Origin: a virus
DNA length: 64,000 nucleotides
Virus record (IMG/VR): IMGVR_UViG_3300020468_000003
Location: 1-64,000 of that record
Direction: 5' to 3' (one strand)
Notes under the pieces: generated by a model
Database searches by the model: none
The model's input: only the letters and a program-made list of their open reading frames with translations
Told to the model about the DNA's origin: nothing
Translations under genes and position numbers: made by a program
Shown here: piece after piece, positions 18,720 to 30,119 of the stretch
How positions within the stretch are numbered: the first letter of the stretch is position 1
How the letters are laid out: every line of letters starts with the position of its first letter

Positions 18720-19547
18720 CTACCCTATCATATCTAATGGAGGTAATTCGTAAGTTGATGACATTTGATCTCTAATCGAATTAACTTCCTCAACACCATC
18801 CTGATAGATTTCTCTACCATTAAATTCTATACCACCAGGTAATTTTACTCCTTTAAATTTAATTAAATTCTGTCCCCACTGTTTCTTAATAAGGGCAGTA
18901 CAATATCTCTTTAAAAAACTATCATTGTAAACTTGACTAAAGTTTGCAGGATCTAATGCTCTATAACAATCAAGGACAAGATATTGATCTTTATCCTGTG
19001 ATCCCCAATCTATATCAAGGTATAACCTATCTTGTCTCTTATTAAATCTTATTTGCTTATCAGTTGTAAGTAAAAAATCAATATCTTCCAAATATCTTTT
19101 TGTCATTTGATATTGTAGTAATTCAACTGAGTTGAAGAAATATAGATCATTTAGAAATAATTGATACTTAATACTAAACATACCACCAGATATGGAACTA
19201 GTATCAAATTTAAATACTTTTTCTACACCAATTACAGAGTCTGGAACATTTATGAAGTTTGCGTTTTCATACCAAGTATTACTAAATCCTCCTCCAGTTG
19301 CTGTTGTTCCCACCATTCCAGTTCCACTTGGAGCATTTGCTCTTCCTCTATCAAGATCATCTTGAGTAATTTTATATTTTAAATACATTCTTTCGACACC
19401 ATCAAAGTGTCTTTCTTGGAAATATTGAATTGCATCATCTATGCAATCATCAAGTTGCTCTTCTGAAACGTTAACTTCAAGAACTGGTGCACCAAGTTTT
19501 CTTAAGCAATGATCTATTAACTCTTGTTTGGTGGTAGGCTTTGCCAT
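18720..19547 (-). CDS. g13: Neck protein gp13
   Basis: LIDHCLRKLGAPVLEVNV, AIQYFQERHFDG, KQWGQNLIKF.GV.LPGG. Confidence 0.96.
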   Translation of the reverse strand: MAKPTTKQELIDHCLRKLGAPVLEVNVSEEQLDDCIDDAIQYFQERHFDGVERMYLKYKITQDDLDRGRANAPSGTGMVGTTATGGGFSNTWYENANFINVPDSVIGVEKVFKFDTSSISGGMFSIKYQLFLNDLYFFNSVELLQYQMTKRYLEDIDFLLTTDKQIRFNKRQDRLYLDIDWGSQDKDQYLVLDCYRALDPANFSQVYNDSFLKRYCTALIKKQWGQNLIKFKGVKLPGGIEFNGREIYQDGVEEVNSIRDQMSSTYELPPLDMIG

Positions 19548-19550
19548 TAG

Positions 19551-19856
19551 TTAGAAATCTCCTTCATCCACACTATTTATTGTTTTCGATTTAGTTTTTT
19601 GCTTTGCTTTAGAAACAGTGTCTAAATTCTCTTCTTCTTCTGCTCTTTTCTGCTCTGCTCTTTTTAATTCTACTACAACTTCTTTTGCATGTTCTAACTC
19701 TTTAAGCAAGTCATTAACCTGTTTATTGAGTGCGTCTATAGTATTATTATTTTGTCCTACTCTTGCTTCAAGTGCTATTACTTGAGCGAGTAAATCTGCA
19801 GATTTTCGTTGATAAGTTGCCAACAAAACCTGATAATCCAATTCATTATTTGGCAT
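19551..19856 (-). CDS. Coiled-coil hypothetical protein
   Basis: Heptad-rich 101 aa; TATAAATA at 19877-19884. Confidence 0.7.
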   Translation of the reverse strand: MPNNELDYQVLLATYQRKSADLLAQVIALEARVGQNNNTIDALNKQVNDLLKELEHAKEVVVELKRAEQKRAEEEENLDTVSKAKQKTKSKTINSVDEGDF

Positions 19857-19887
19857 TATTAATTATTCAATTGTATTATTTATACTA

Positions 19888-22038
19888 TTAGAATGAACCC
19901 CCGTCAACGGTTATGTTCTGTAAAACTCTATTACTACCATCGTGCCCAATTACCTGAGACTGTCCTGCAGCATCGTTAACCCATAATCCACCAACTTCAA
20001 AGTTTGCGTAAACAATTTCTGTCATAACATTTGAAGATTCAGTAACTGATGATGCAACTGCAACTCTCTGTGCAGAATCATCCCAATATATCGCAGCAGT
20101 CTTTGCAGCAGATGCTGTATAGTAGTGCATTATAACACCAACATCTAAGTTCTGATCTGTAGATGGTGCGACTAAGTTACCACCACTATTAACAAGTCCA
20201 AGTTCAATTATTGGATCTTCAACTTTAAGTGCTTCTGTATTAACAATAAACTGAGAACCTAAAACTGTTATATCTCCAGTAATAGTAACACTACTTGCGA
20301 AACTTACATTACCAGTAGTATCAGCAAGTGTCATTGCATCGCTACCATCAGATGCCTTAACAGCACCTGCTTGTATGGTAGGAACAGTTAAAGTATTTGA
20401 GTTTGCATTATACTTAATTTGAGGATCAACAAATACTGTCTGTCCTAAACCTGTTGATGCTAAATCTCCAGCAGATGCATTTACAAATGATACGTATCTG
20501 TCATTTGTATCAGCAACTGAACTAACGTCAACTGAATTTGATCTTTGTGCAGTTGAGATAGAACCTGAAATAGTACCGTTAATTTGTCCAGTAACAATTA
20601 AGTCTGAAGTAACTCTTACAGAATCCGATCCAGTAGCAGCTCTTAAGAATAAATCTCCTGATTGTGTACTAATTGTATTATCATTTAATGTGGCAATACC
20701 AATATTACCTGCAACAATACCTTTTCCAACTCCACCTGTAGCAGTAATACCATTGGTGAATGTGGACATTCCTGTTATGTTTGTCTGTGCCGAGATATCA
20801 ACAGTATTAGATGAAGCATCTAACTTAAGATTTCCAGCTGAAGTATTGATTGTAGTATTATCTACAACACCAATTTGAACTTCTTTAACAGTTGAACTAC
20901 CTTCAACAGTTTGATTACCTGTTACAAGTGATGTTCCTAAAATACGTTGAGCAGCATCAGTAACTACTTCATTATTCTGAGAATCAAGAATTAAAGGACC
21001 ATTATCTGAGTAAATTGTTCTTGTTGAAGTTATAGCAACCTGAACAGTTCCAAAGTCACCACCATTTGTGGCAGTAACAATTCCACTTAAACTAGCATTA
21101 GCAAATGTCTTACCTGAAGACTGGTCACCAAGATTAAAGGTGTTGTCAGTTTCTGGTAAAATATCTCCTGAAATATCTGCATTAATCGTAATAACATCTG
21201 TTTCAGCATTACCAAGATTTACGTTACCGTTAATTACTGTAGCACCTTGTAGTGTTGATGTTCCAGTAACACTTAAACCTGCACCAATATATGCGTTCTG
21301 TCCTACACTTAATCCACCTTTGATATCTACAGCACCTGTTCCTGCAGCATTTGTTTGTGCAGTACTAGCAAATGTTGTAATTCCAGTAACACTTAATCCT
21401 GCACCAACATATAAATCTCTTGAAATTCCCGCACCACCATCAACAACTAAAGCACCTGTCTGAGATGAGGATGAGGCAGTAGTATCATCTATGTTTACTG
21501 CACCAACAAAAGTACCCATTCCACCAACTTTTAAGTTGGAACCGATATTTGCTGATAGTTCTATACCAAGACCACCTTCTGTTTTTAATGCACCTGTATC
21601 TTTATCAGATGAATCAATATTAGAAGTAACATTGACTGCACCTTGGAAAGTTGATAAACCTGTTACATATAAAGCACTTAAAGTAGTCTGTGTTAATGAA
21701 CTACTCCAAGAAAGAGTACCACTAGCATTTGTTACTAAAGTTCCACCATCTACTGGTGTTTCTGGAAAAACATATGTAGTAACACCTGATAACGTATTAG
21801 GTGCTCTTAATGCTATTCTATTAATTCCGTCTCTATCTACTAAGTTTAGTCTTAACGAGTCTATACCGTCTTCTCTAGTCCAATATCTTTGACTTCCAAA
21901 AAATTTATTACCGTTAGAGGTTCCGTCTAAACCTATAAAATAATCGTATTTGTCAGTTGAAAAACCTGGTTCACCAGCATTTAACGCAGGGAGACCTGCA
22001 TACGTACCTCGTTTAAACTGAATAACAGCGGCTGCCAT
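19888..22038 (-). CDS. Fibre-like virion structural protein
   Basis: N-terminal IQFKRG...L.AGEPGF fibre motif, repeated GAL.V.GG.GI units, Gly/Ser/Thr-rich, ends DGGSF. Confidence 0.75.
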   Translation of the reverse strand: MAAAVIQFKRGTYAGLPALNAGEPGFSTDKYDYFIGLDGTSNGNKFFGSQRYWTREDGIDSLRLNLVDRDGINRIALRAPNTLSGVTTYVFPETPVDGGTLVTNASGTLSWSSSLTQTTLSALYVTGLSTFQGAVNVTSNIDSSDKDTGALKTEGGLGIELSANIGSNLKVGGMGTFVGAVNIDDTTASSSSQTGALVVDGGAGISRDLYVGAGLSVTGITTFASTAQTNAAGTGAVDIKGGLSVGQNAYIGAGLSVTGTSTLQGATVINGNVNLGNAETDVITINADISGDILPETDNTFNLGDQSSGKTFANASLSGIVTATNGGDFGTVQVAITSTRTIYSDNGPLILDSQNNEVVTDAAQRILGTSLVTGNQTVEGSSTVKEVQIGVVDNTTINTSAGNLKLDASSNTVDISAQTNITGMSTFTNGITATGGVGKGIVAGNIGIATLNDNTISTQSGDLFLRAATGSDSVRVTSDLIVTGQINGTISGSISTAQRSNSVDVSSVADTNDRYVSFVNASAGDLASTGLGQTVFVDPQIKYNANSNTLTVPTIQAGAVKASDGSDAMTLADTTGNVSFASSVTITGDITVLGSQFIVNTEALKVEDPIIELGLVNSGGNLVAPSTDQNLDVGVIMHYYTASAAKTAAIYWDDSAQRVAVASSVTESSNVMTEIVYANFEVGGLWVNDAAGQSQVIGHDGSNRVLQNITVDGGSF

Positions 22039-22115
22039 TTAATTATGCCCTCATTTGAGAATATTACATTTATTTCACTTTATTCATTCAATCTAAGATG
22101 TATTTATAATTTAAA

Positions 22116-22433
22116 CTACCAAGTCCCCCCATCCATATCAATATTAGCACTTCTGCTAGTATCTGTATCCAATGCATCCAAGAATGCATCAGGTAATCCA
22201 CTGCTTCCAATTACTGTTCCAGTAGTAGAAGCTGCCGATGTTAATACAACATCTGGATCTACAAATTCATATTTTGCGGTGTTGGCATTGTATGTTAGAA
22301 CGAACCTATGTGCTTGAGTACTAGTATCTACATCAGAAACATCTGATAATTTACTTCCTGATCCAGCTAACGAATTTGATGCAATAACTTTTATAGCGTT
22401 AGTCGCTCCAACTCTTGCTCTGATACTCGACAT
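22116..22433 (-). CDS. Small virion structural protein
   Basis: L.D.SDVD repeat motif, ends DGGTW. Confidence 0.65.
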   Translation of the reverse strand: MSSIRARVGATNAIKVIASNSLAGSGSKLSDVSDVDTSTQAHRFVLTYNANTAKYEFVDPDVVLTSAASTTGTVIGSSGLPDAFLDALDTDTSRSANIDMDGGTW

Positions 22434-22781
22434 TTAGGTTACTCCTTCTCTAACTAATACACTTCCTTCAATAACTCTAGTTTTCAAATAACTACCAGAG
22501 TTTTCTGTTATAACGATATCATAAACGTGTCTTCCTGCTTTTAATGCTGATGTTTGTGTATCAGTTAGTGCAAGAGAGATTGTTCCATTAGTAGCATTTT
22601 CAATAGCAGCAGTAAACGCAGTTGCTGAAGTATCAGCAGCTGCTGCATGTTTTTTTAACTTAGCGGCTATTGTATATCCTGTTAAATTAAAGGATGAATC
22701 TCCTATAGTATTAGCAAGGTTAAATGTCTGACTAAAATCAGCCCCTTGGTTTATTTGGAGATTAGCAACGTAGACTGCCAT
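22434..22781 (-). CDS. BppU-like virion structural protein
   Basis: I.QGADF..TF, LTGYT..A, G.I.L.LT..QT..L..GR.VYD..I. Confidence 0.7.
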   Translation of the reverse strand: MAVYVANLQINQGADFSQTFNLANTIGDSSFNLTGYTIAAKLKKHAAAADTSATAFTAAIENATNGTISLALTDTQTSALKAGRHVYDIVITENSGSYLKTRVIEGSVLVREGVT

Positions 22782-22817
22782 TAATAATGCTCAAATATAA
22801 TTTCTAGTTATAATTAT

Positions 22818-23021
22818 TTAGTTTTTAGTCAATTCAGTTAGTAGTTTCTTTATTTCACTTAATTCATTCTTTACATCTTCAAGTTCTTTCTTATCATTCA
22901 TCCTTCTTTGTTTTTCAGAAAGATATTGAGAATACCCAAAAGTATCCTTATTCACAATAGCACCAGACTTTGCATCTCTGTACAAATTCTTCTCGCCTTC
23001 AACTCTAATTAGTTTAGACAT
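22818..23021 (-). CDS. Small hypothetical protein
   Basis: V.G..NLYRD..SGAIVN.D and a C-terminal coiled coil. Confidence 0.7.
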   Translation of the reverse strand: MSKLIRVEGEKNLYRDAKSGAIVNKDTFGYSQYLSEKQRRMNDKKELEDVKNELSEIKKLLTELTKN

Positions 23022-26000
23022 TATGCTAGTGCAATTGCACGAAGATCTTTAAATCTAGGTGATCTTGCTTCGTTAGTACCATTCATAACCACTTTAATTT
23101 GGTATCCTGTAAACTGTTCAAGATTATCAATACTAAATTGATATTCGTTAAACTCATTCAAATTACTTGGAGTAACATTTGAATCTGCTCTTCCACTGTT
23201 TTTAGAAATATCTATTACAGTATCTCCGAAACCATCTTGATCAGTATCGTTCATATTTTCATAACCAGGGAATAGAACATAAGTTTGTTCCACTTCGCTA
23301 GAATCTGATTTAAACAATCTGTATAGAACTCTGAAATCAGCAGATGCATCTCTGTATGATGCAACAAATACTTTAAGAGAAGTTGCAGGTTGCTCAAGAT
23401 TTACTCTATTAGAAATATAAACTGCTGCATGTGGATCTCCACTAAGTTGATTTGATCTAGAATCATTTACATAATCTGTAATTGGTTTATTCAAACGATT
23501 TCTTCCAAACATTACAAATGCAGTTTGAGTATCAATTGCAGGAGATAAGTTAGGATCTTCTGGATCTCTAGACATAGAAACTCCAACAGTTAAAGAGCGA
23601 TTCTTAGGTAATGCAGTTAATCTAGTAGTTTCATTTACTTGTGAACAAACTATTCTTGTAGTAGAAAGATCATTTACATCATTGATTTGAACTGCTTCAA
23701 AACCTTGATCTATGAATGATGGTTCTACACCACCTGCACTTGTTCCACTAACAGTTCTAATTGTTCCAGTAACACTTGATGATCTACCAGGTGTAATAAC
23801 ATCGAATTGTGGTTGAACTCTATTAAACTGGATGTTTCTAGATGCTCTAATATTTTTTCCACCCACAGTGGATTCATCTTTAAAGTTTAGTGTACTTTCG
23901 CCACTTGATCTACTACCTCTATTAAATTCTACATGATACTTATCAATATCTCTGTAGTTGGATAGACCACTAGACATATTATGTTCTGTGTTAATTCTGA
24001 TTAGAGAAACATCTCCAACTTCATACTTATAAACTGTATCGTTTGTAAAGTGTTTTTGTATTGCAGTTCCATCTACACCACGAGTTGCAATTCCAAGTTG
24101 TCCACTTCCGATACTGTTATAGAAGATAATTTCATTATTAACTTTCAAGTATCCTGAAGCAGTTGTAATTCCTTCAAATGTTGAATATCCAGTTGTGTCT
24201 GCAAGAGATATTTGAGTATCTGATATATCAAGATCAACTGAAAGAGTTGTAGGTACAGTATCAGGTGCGACTCCAGTAATATCAACTACGTTATTATCTG
24301 CACTCATACCATGATTGTAATGATTTATTTCTATAACATTACCAGCATATAATCCACCAACAGCAGTAGAACTAGTAACTTGAGTACTTGCTAACGATAC
24401 GCCAGGTGTATCATTTACATATATCTGTAGATTTCCACCGACAGTAAAGTTATCTCCCTGAACATTTGTTAGATATAGAGTATCAACATCCATTGTATCT
24501 CTAATGGTCATTCTTACTCCAGAACCTTTATTGCCTACATCAGCAGTTGTGATTCCTACAACATCTCCAGTTGAGAATCCATTTCCAGTTTGAATACCCA
24601 AGGTATTCAATACTATTCCATTTAGAGTTCCATCTGCGTTAAACACAACTGTTTGTGCTCTAAGATTTCTTCCTCTACCTACGATTGAATACAATCCTAC
24701 GTCTGTATATGTTCCTGCAGAATAACCAGTACCAACATTTGCGGTTGTAATACCTGTAAAGGAAACACCACCACCAACATTTTCAATATATCCATTTGCA
24801 AGAGATGCACTTTGCTTAACTCTTGCACCTGGTACTAATTGATTAGTAACAATAGAAAGTGTTGTGCTAGTAATTCCTACATCAATCTTTCTAGGATAGA
24901 TCTTAACTGCATCTGGTTGTAATCTAGGTACATTTTCATTTACACTTTCTAAAGGTGGATTATAGAAGAATGCAGTTCCAGCATTTGGAATGAAGTTTGC
25001 TTTATAAAGTTTAAACTTCATATCTTCAAACTGACTTGCAGTCCATATAGTTCCGTTCTGAGACTTGAATAAACTACCACCAATATACTGTCTAGTTACC
25101 ATTACTGCTTCAGCATCAGGTAGATTCTGTCCGTTTATAGTCCTTTCTCCCATCTGAGCAATCCAGACTTCGTAATTGTTTGTTGTTGGTGCTAGAAGAA
25201 CTAGTGCATATTCCCTATTTTGCTGTAAGTAAACTGGTGATGGGAATTTAACATTAGTTGCAACAGAAGCATCAGTAGATACGGTTATATCTGATGGATA
25301 TAAAACTGCTCTTGCATATTCGTGAACCAATCTATCTGTTGGAGTTCCAAGTTCAACTTCTCTAACTTCAACAAATAATTTTTCGTTTGCGTCTTTACTT
25401 GAGAAGTATAAATCTACAGATGTTAGGAATGCTCCTGTTTCATCTACAGTAAATGATTGTGCAAGAGGATCTTTTCCTCCTCTTCTTCTCCTTCTACGAC
25501 GTTGACGTACTGTTTGAACAACAGTATCTTCTCTAAAGGTTTCAACTATTCCACTTGCAGAATATCTTCCTTCTCCATGACTTATTAGTAAACTACCAGG
25601 TAATTGTTCAGCATCAGATTGACTTGTAGTTACTCTAAATGTTCTATCTCCTGATTTAATTCTAACTGTAGGAGGTGGATTTGTATTAGGATCTCTAATA
25701 AAGAATGTTCCTATTAAGTCTCCGAAAGTATCAGTAACTAACCTTACATCAGTAACATTTGCTGTAGCACCACTATTTGCTCCTACAAGAGTCATTCCTG
25801 AAGTTATATACCCAAAGTAAGTTCCTTGAGCATTAGAGCATAGAGAGCGTGTGTCAACGTTAACAGTAGATCCTGATGCGGAGTATTGAGTACTTAATAT
25901 TTCTGAAGTATTATATGGGTTTGCATTGTATGTTACATCTGGTGCATTATAGGTACCATCTTTATGATCAGGTCTTGCTGTTCTAAATGTTATTAATTTT

Positions 26001-29000
26001 TCTGACCCAACAAATCCTTCTACAGTCTCTCCAACAGCGAATGTGCCAGACACCATTGAAACTTCAATAAGTTTAGGTACAACATCTATACCTGATATTC
26101 CATCCATGAATGGATAGAACCTTGAAACAGGTCTTAAACCACCAGCTTGGAACTGGACGTTTCTTGAACGCATGAAAGTATCTGGTTCTGCACTGATAAA
26201 GACTTCTTCAAGGAATGTTCTTGCAACATTTCCTGTTCTGTTTACAGTTCCACCAGGTACAACTACAGTTCTTGTCCAATTATCTGTTGCAGGAGTCATA
26301 ACAACTCTTCCAACAAATTCAACCATATTAAATGGGTTAACATTTTCTGATCTAGATGCTAATGGTTGCTCTAACCAATTTGCTTCATCATATCTTAGTG
26401 TAATTAAATCTCCAGTCTTCTGTACATTAGTATCAAGTAGAGTTAAATTTTCGCTAAGATCAGCACTTGCTGTATTGACATTAGATGCAAATGCAGGTTC
26501 CAATTCTAATGAATAAACATCAATCGGTGTAAGTAATTCTTTGTTTCTTCCATCTACAGATGCTTTTGCATCAAAGTTTCTGATTTGCATTCTGCGGTTA
26601 TCCGCAAAATCATCAACAAAGAATCCAGACTTAAATCTGTTTAATCCTTGAGCATCCTGAACTTGTAAAGTAGATGTATTTAATTCTAGTAAACTTAATG
26701 AAGTTACAGTTTCTAGTGTATCGATTCTATCTTCTAATACACCAATATCCTTCATAGTGAATCTCTTGTTATCAACAACACTTACTTCAGCATCATCAGG
26801 ATGGAAAAGATATGGTGGGAACTTAATAACTGCCAATGTCATCGAATCATTAATACTTGATGGTTCTTTTGGATTTTCAGCAGATGTTCCTTTAACAACA
26901 GAGATATTACCTTCAACATCCAATATAATTTTATCAATTCTTCCTAAGTAATACTCAACACCTAATACTGAACTTTCATTCGGTGCAGAAACTAATGTTG
27001 TGTTTACACTAGATGTTCCAAATGTACGACTTGCAAAATCGAAAGGAGATGCACTAGGAGTTGCAGTACTAAAATCAGCAACTCTTGGTCTAAAGTCGAG
27101 AATATCTGATATCCTAGTTCCATCTTCTAATGATGGTATTTCTTTACTATATCTTTCTTTATCGTAAGAATTAACAGTATAGAAGTCTCCATTATCGTTT
27201 GCAGGAACTACGTACCTATCACAAATTACTAATAGTTTTTTGGAAGGTGAAAGTGCTTGATTATTTCTTACAAGTTTTGAATAATCATAATATTGTTCTT
27301 TTTGTCCACTATCAAGTGAAAATCTATCAGTAATATCAAGATAACTACCTTGAGTCTTAGATTGAACTGAAGTTATAACCTGAGATTCTTCAAAAGTAAC
27401 AGTTTCTCCAACTTGGAAGTTATTAGCATTCAAAGGAACATATCCAATCTCAGTAGCAGAAGGTCTAGTTACTACTTGTGCTACAGCATTACTCTTCTTA
27501 CCAGTTATTTTTTCTCCAACAATAGCATTTACATTTAAACCTAAACCACTAACAAATTGAAGTGTATTTAAAGTTGGAGTTTGTTTATTTAAAGACTCAT
27601 ATACCTTATGTACTTTAACTACATCAGGTGTGTTTAAAGATATTTCTCTATCTTCTACTCTTAAACCATAATAGAAAGTAGTTGATAATCCAGTTACTGC
27701 TGTACTAATTCCAGTAGTAGACTTGTCTATAACAACTTGATGACTTCTATCATAAGTTTTTTGCTTACTCTTTATTCCCTGTCTCTTGATTGTATTAGTT
27801 ATAGTTACATTACTTTGACTTACTTTTAGACCAGAGAAATTAATTGTAGTTCCGTTTGAACCAAAAGTGATTTGTGATGAATTTAGTGGTTCAAATGTAC
27901 CATCAGTATATGCAACACTATAAGATTTATTCTCAAATGGTTCAAAGAAAGCACTTGTGAAACCTATATTGGCAGTATTCAAACTTAATGCACCAGTGCC
28001 ACTTGTAGCTTTGCCTGTTTCTTGATGTATAATTGTAAGAGTAGAATCGCTTAAATCTACAGATGCAACATTTGGAGAGGATAATTTAGAATATAAGAAA
28101 GCATCTTTATCGTTTCTAATTCTTGGTTCTCCTATCGCAAAGGTAGTTGTAACGGTATCAATACCAACAACACCACCATCACAAACTCCAGTTACTGTAG
28201 ATACTCCACTTAAAGTTAAGAATTGAAGATCAGTTGATACTGCTGATACTCTAGCAAATGTTTCTGTTGTAAATCCATCTCTCTGATAACGAATTATACT
28301 ATTAGTTGCTATTCCACTAAATGTATTTCCTGCACAAGAAGCAATTCCTGTTGGTGAAATACTAATTTTATCTGTAATTTTAAAGTTTCTCGGAGCAATA
28401 CTCTCAAGAACTGTATCTGCTGAGAAATCGGTAGTTATGCCACCTACAGTAGAGAAAGTTTGATATATTGATTTAACATCTTTTACATTTTTTGCATCAA
28501 CAGCAGTAATTGAACGAACATATTCAGAACCTCCATTAAGAGAAATTTGTTCTCCAACAATAAATTGTCCAGAAGTTTGAGTTAATGATAACGATAAACT
28601 AGATGCACCAGGAGAAGTAACAACAAAACCTGTAGCACCACTACTTAAACCCTTTATGTAAGTTGAAGCAGGACAATAACCAGATGAAACTGCAGCACTT
28701 AAAGTTAAAGTTGTATATGTTTGAACATCGAATAAGTAGAGATCAAATTGAGAACTATTATTAGTATATGAAACATCTGATAATGAGAAATTATAAACTC
28801 TTGCTTGTCCTATAGTTACTCCGTCTGCACCTGTTCCACCTTCTTTTCTACGACTCTGTAAGGTTACTACATTATTTGTATTATTGATTCCTACAAATGG
28901 AACTCCTTGAACATTATCAACTTTTACCAAGTTGCCCATTTTGAATGGTACAGATGCTCCTTGAAGTGTAGTTGTGTCTCTAGGTTTGTCTAAATCTAAA

Positions 29001-30115
29001 ATTGTTGTTCCAGCAAAATCAACATCATAACCTTTAACGTACGCTGTTCCTGAAGAAACTCTAGCACATGCTAAATCTTCGCTAGGATCATTAAGTTGTT
29101 CTGTTTTTTGCTCTTCAGTGAATATTCCGTTATTTGATATCTTATCATTTAAACACTCTTCAATATCAATTGTAAAATCATTTACAGTATAATCTCCAGA
29201 TTCATCAAATGTTCTTTTAGCAAAGTAATCTCTAATTACAGAATATGTTGATTTATCTTGTAATTTCTTTATTTCTCCATTAACTATTCTTATTAACTCT
29301 ACAAAATTCTTATCATCAAAATCAGTTATTGCTTTTTTACCTAATTTTGCAGTTAACTTTAATCTATCTGCACCTGGTGCTGCATAATTTGAAAATCCTC
29401 TTGCATTATCGTATAGACTAGATTCATCTCCTGCAGAGACTAATTCTTCATTTACAACTAATCCAACTCTATATGATGAATCATTTTTGTATGGATCAAG
29501 TACAATAGTGTCTGTTTGAACACTTGCAAATACACCACGAATGAAATATATTCCATTAGAAACATGTACTGCTGATGAAGTTGATGTAGCATTTAAATCA
29601 AGAACTGAAGCAAAACTATCTCCTACATTTATTGTAGTATTTCCGTAGGTTACTGCATCTTCAGCAATTAAAGTTTCTCCATCTGAAAAAGGTCTAAATT
29701 GGAAATCTCTATTAGAATTTAAATATTTTACATAAATTGTTGGATATTCTATTCCATCAGTTGGAGGAAATACAACTTTTTGAATAGTTCCCGTTACACC
29801 AGAAGTTCCACCAGATACCTTTTTACCTATAAAATTATTTAAATATATGTTCAAATCTAATCCAAAATGTGTTGGATTTATTTTTACTGCCTCAAAAAAC
29901 CTATCGTATGTAACTCCACCAGGAATTACCATAGATCCTTCTTTGAAAATATGACTACCAAATGATTCAATCTGACTTTGCAGTATTGATTGTAAAGTCG
30001 TTAATTCTCTTGCTTGGATTGGATATCCAGGCTTAAAGAGAACTCGATAAAAATTATTATCCTTATCGAAGTCATCATAGTATGGATTTATATTTAAATT
30101 GGTCTTTTGTGGCAT
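23021..30115 (-). CDS. Large virion structural protein (DUF4815 / VrlC-like)
   Basis: MPQKTNLN..PYYDDFD...YRVLFKPG.P.QARELT.LQS.LQ.Q; RFKSGF.VD.F; DPLAQSF; GSLFKSQN. Confidence 0.85.
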   Translation of the reverse strand: MPQKTNLNINPYYDDFDKDNNFYRVLFKPGYPIQARELTTLQSILQSQIESFGSHIFKEGSMVIPGGVTYDRFFEAVKINPTHFGLDLNIYLNNFIGKKVSGGTSGVTGTIQKVVFPPTDGIEYPTIYVKYLNSNRDFQFRPFSDGETLIAEDAVTYGNTTINVGDSFASVLDLNATSTSSAVHVSNGIYFIRGVFASVQTDTIVLDPYKNDSSYRVGLVVNEELVSAGDESSLYDNARGFSNYAAPGADRLKLTAKLGKKAITDFDDKNFVELIRIVNGEIKKLQDKSTYSVIRDYFAKRTFDESGDYTVNDFTIDIEECLNDKISNNGIFTEEQKTEQLNDPSEDLACARVSSGTAYVKGYDVDFAGTTILDLDKPRDTTTLQGASVPFKMGNLVKVDNVQGVPFVGINNTNNVVTLQSRRKEGGTGADGVTIGQARVYNFSLSDVSYTNNSSQFDLYLFDVQTYTTLTLSAAVSSGYCPASTYIKGLSSGATGFVVTSPGASSLSLSLTQTSGQFIVGEQISLNGGSEYVRSITAVDAKNVKDVKSIYQTFSTVGGITTDFSADTVLESIAPRNFKITDKISISPTGIASCAGNTFSGIATNSIIRYQRDGFTTETFARVSAVSTDLQFLTLSGVSTVTGVCDGGVVGIDTVTTTFAIGEPRIRNDKDAFLYSKLSSPNVASVDLSDSTLTIIHQETGKATSGTGALSLNTANIGFTSAFFEPFENKSYSVAYTDGTFEPLNSSQITFGSNGTTINFSGLKVSQSNVTITNTIKRQGIKSKQKTYDRSHQVVIDKSTTGISTAVTGLSTTFYYGLRVEDREISLNTPDVVKVHKVYESLNKQTPTLNTLQFVSGLGLNVNAIVGEKITGKKSNAVAQVVTRPSATEIGYVPLNANNFQVGETVTFEESQVITSVQSKTQGSYLDITDRFSLDSGQKEQYYDYSKLVRNNQALSPSKKLLVICDRYVVPANDNGDFYTVNSYDKERYSKEIPSLEDGTRISDILDFRPRVADFSTATPSASPFDFASRTFGTSSVNTTLVSAPNESSVLGVEYYLGRIDKIILDVEGNISVVKGTSAENPKEPSSINDSMTLAVIKFPPYLFHPDDAEVSVVDNKRFTMKDIGVLEDRIDTLETVTSLSLLELNTSTLQVQDAQGLNRFKSGFFVDDFADNRRMQIRNFDAKASVDGRNKELLTPIDVYSLELEPAFASNVNTASADLSENLTLLDTNVQKTGDLITLRYDEANWLEQPLASRSENVNPFNMVEFVGRVVMTPATDNWTRTVVVPGGTVNRTGNVARTFLEEVFISAEPDTFMRSRNVQFQAGGLRPVSRFYPFMDGISGIDVVPKLIEVSMVSGTFAVGETVEGFVGSEKLITFRTARPDHKDGTYNAPDVTYNANPYNTSEILSTQYSASGSTVNVDTRSLCSNAQGTYFGYITSGMTLVGANSGATANVTDVRLVTDTFGDLIGTFFIRDPNTNPPPTVRIKSGDRTFRVTTSQSDAEQLPGSLLISHGEGRYSASGIVETFREDTVVQTVRQRRRRRRRGGKDPLAQSFTVDETGAFLTSVDLYFSSKDANEKLFVEVREVELGTPTDRLVHEYARAVLYPSDITVSTDASVATNVKFPSPVYLQQNREYALVLLAPTTNNYEVWIAQMGERTINGQNLPDAEAVMVTRQYIGGSLFKSQNGTIWTASQFEDMKFKLYKANFIPNAGTAFFYNPPLESVNENVPRLQPDAVKIYPRKIDVGITSTTLSIVTNQLVPGARVKQSASLANGYIENVGGGVSFTGITTANVGTGYSAGTYTDVGLYSIVGRGRNLRAQTVVFNADGTLNGIVLNTLGIQTGNGFSTGDVVGITTADVGNKGSGVRMTIRDTMDVDTLYLTNVQGDNFTVGGNLQIYVNDTPGVSLASTQVTSSTAVGGLYAGNVIEINHYNHGMSADNNVVDITGVAPDTVPTTLSVDLDISDTQISLADTTGYSTFEGITTASGYLKVNNEIIFYNSIGSGQLGIATRGVDGTAIQKHFTNDTVYKYEVGDVSLIRINTEHNMSSGLSNYRDIDKYHVEFNRGSRSSGESTLNFKDESTVGGKNIRASRNIQFNRVQPQFDVITPGRSSSVTGTIRTVSGTSAGGVEPSFIDQGFEAVQINDVNDLSTTRIVCSQVNETTRLTALPKNRSLTVGVSMSRDPEDPNLSPAIDTQTAFVMFGRNRLNKPITDYVNDSRSNQLSGDPHAAVYISNRVNLEQPATSLKVFVASYRDASADFRVLYRLFKSDSSEVEQTYVLFPGYENMNDTDQDGFGDTVIDISKNSGRADSNVTPSNLNEFNEYQFSIDNLEQFTGYQIKVVMNGTNEARSPRFKDLRAIALA

Positions 30116-30119
30116 CTTC

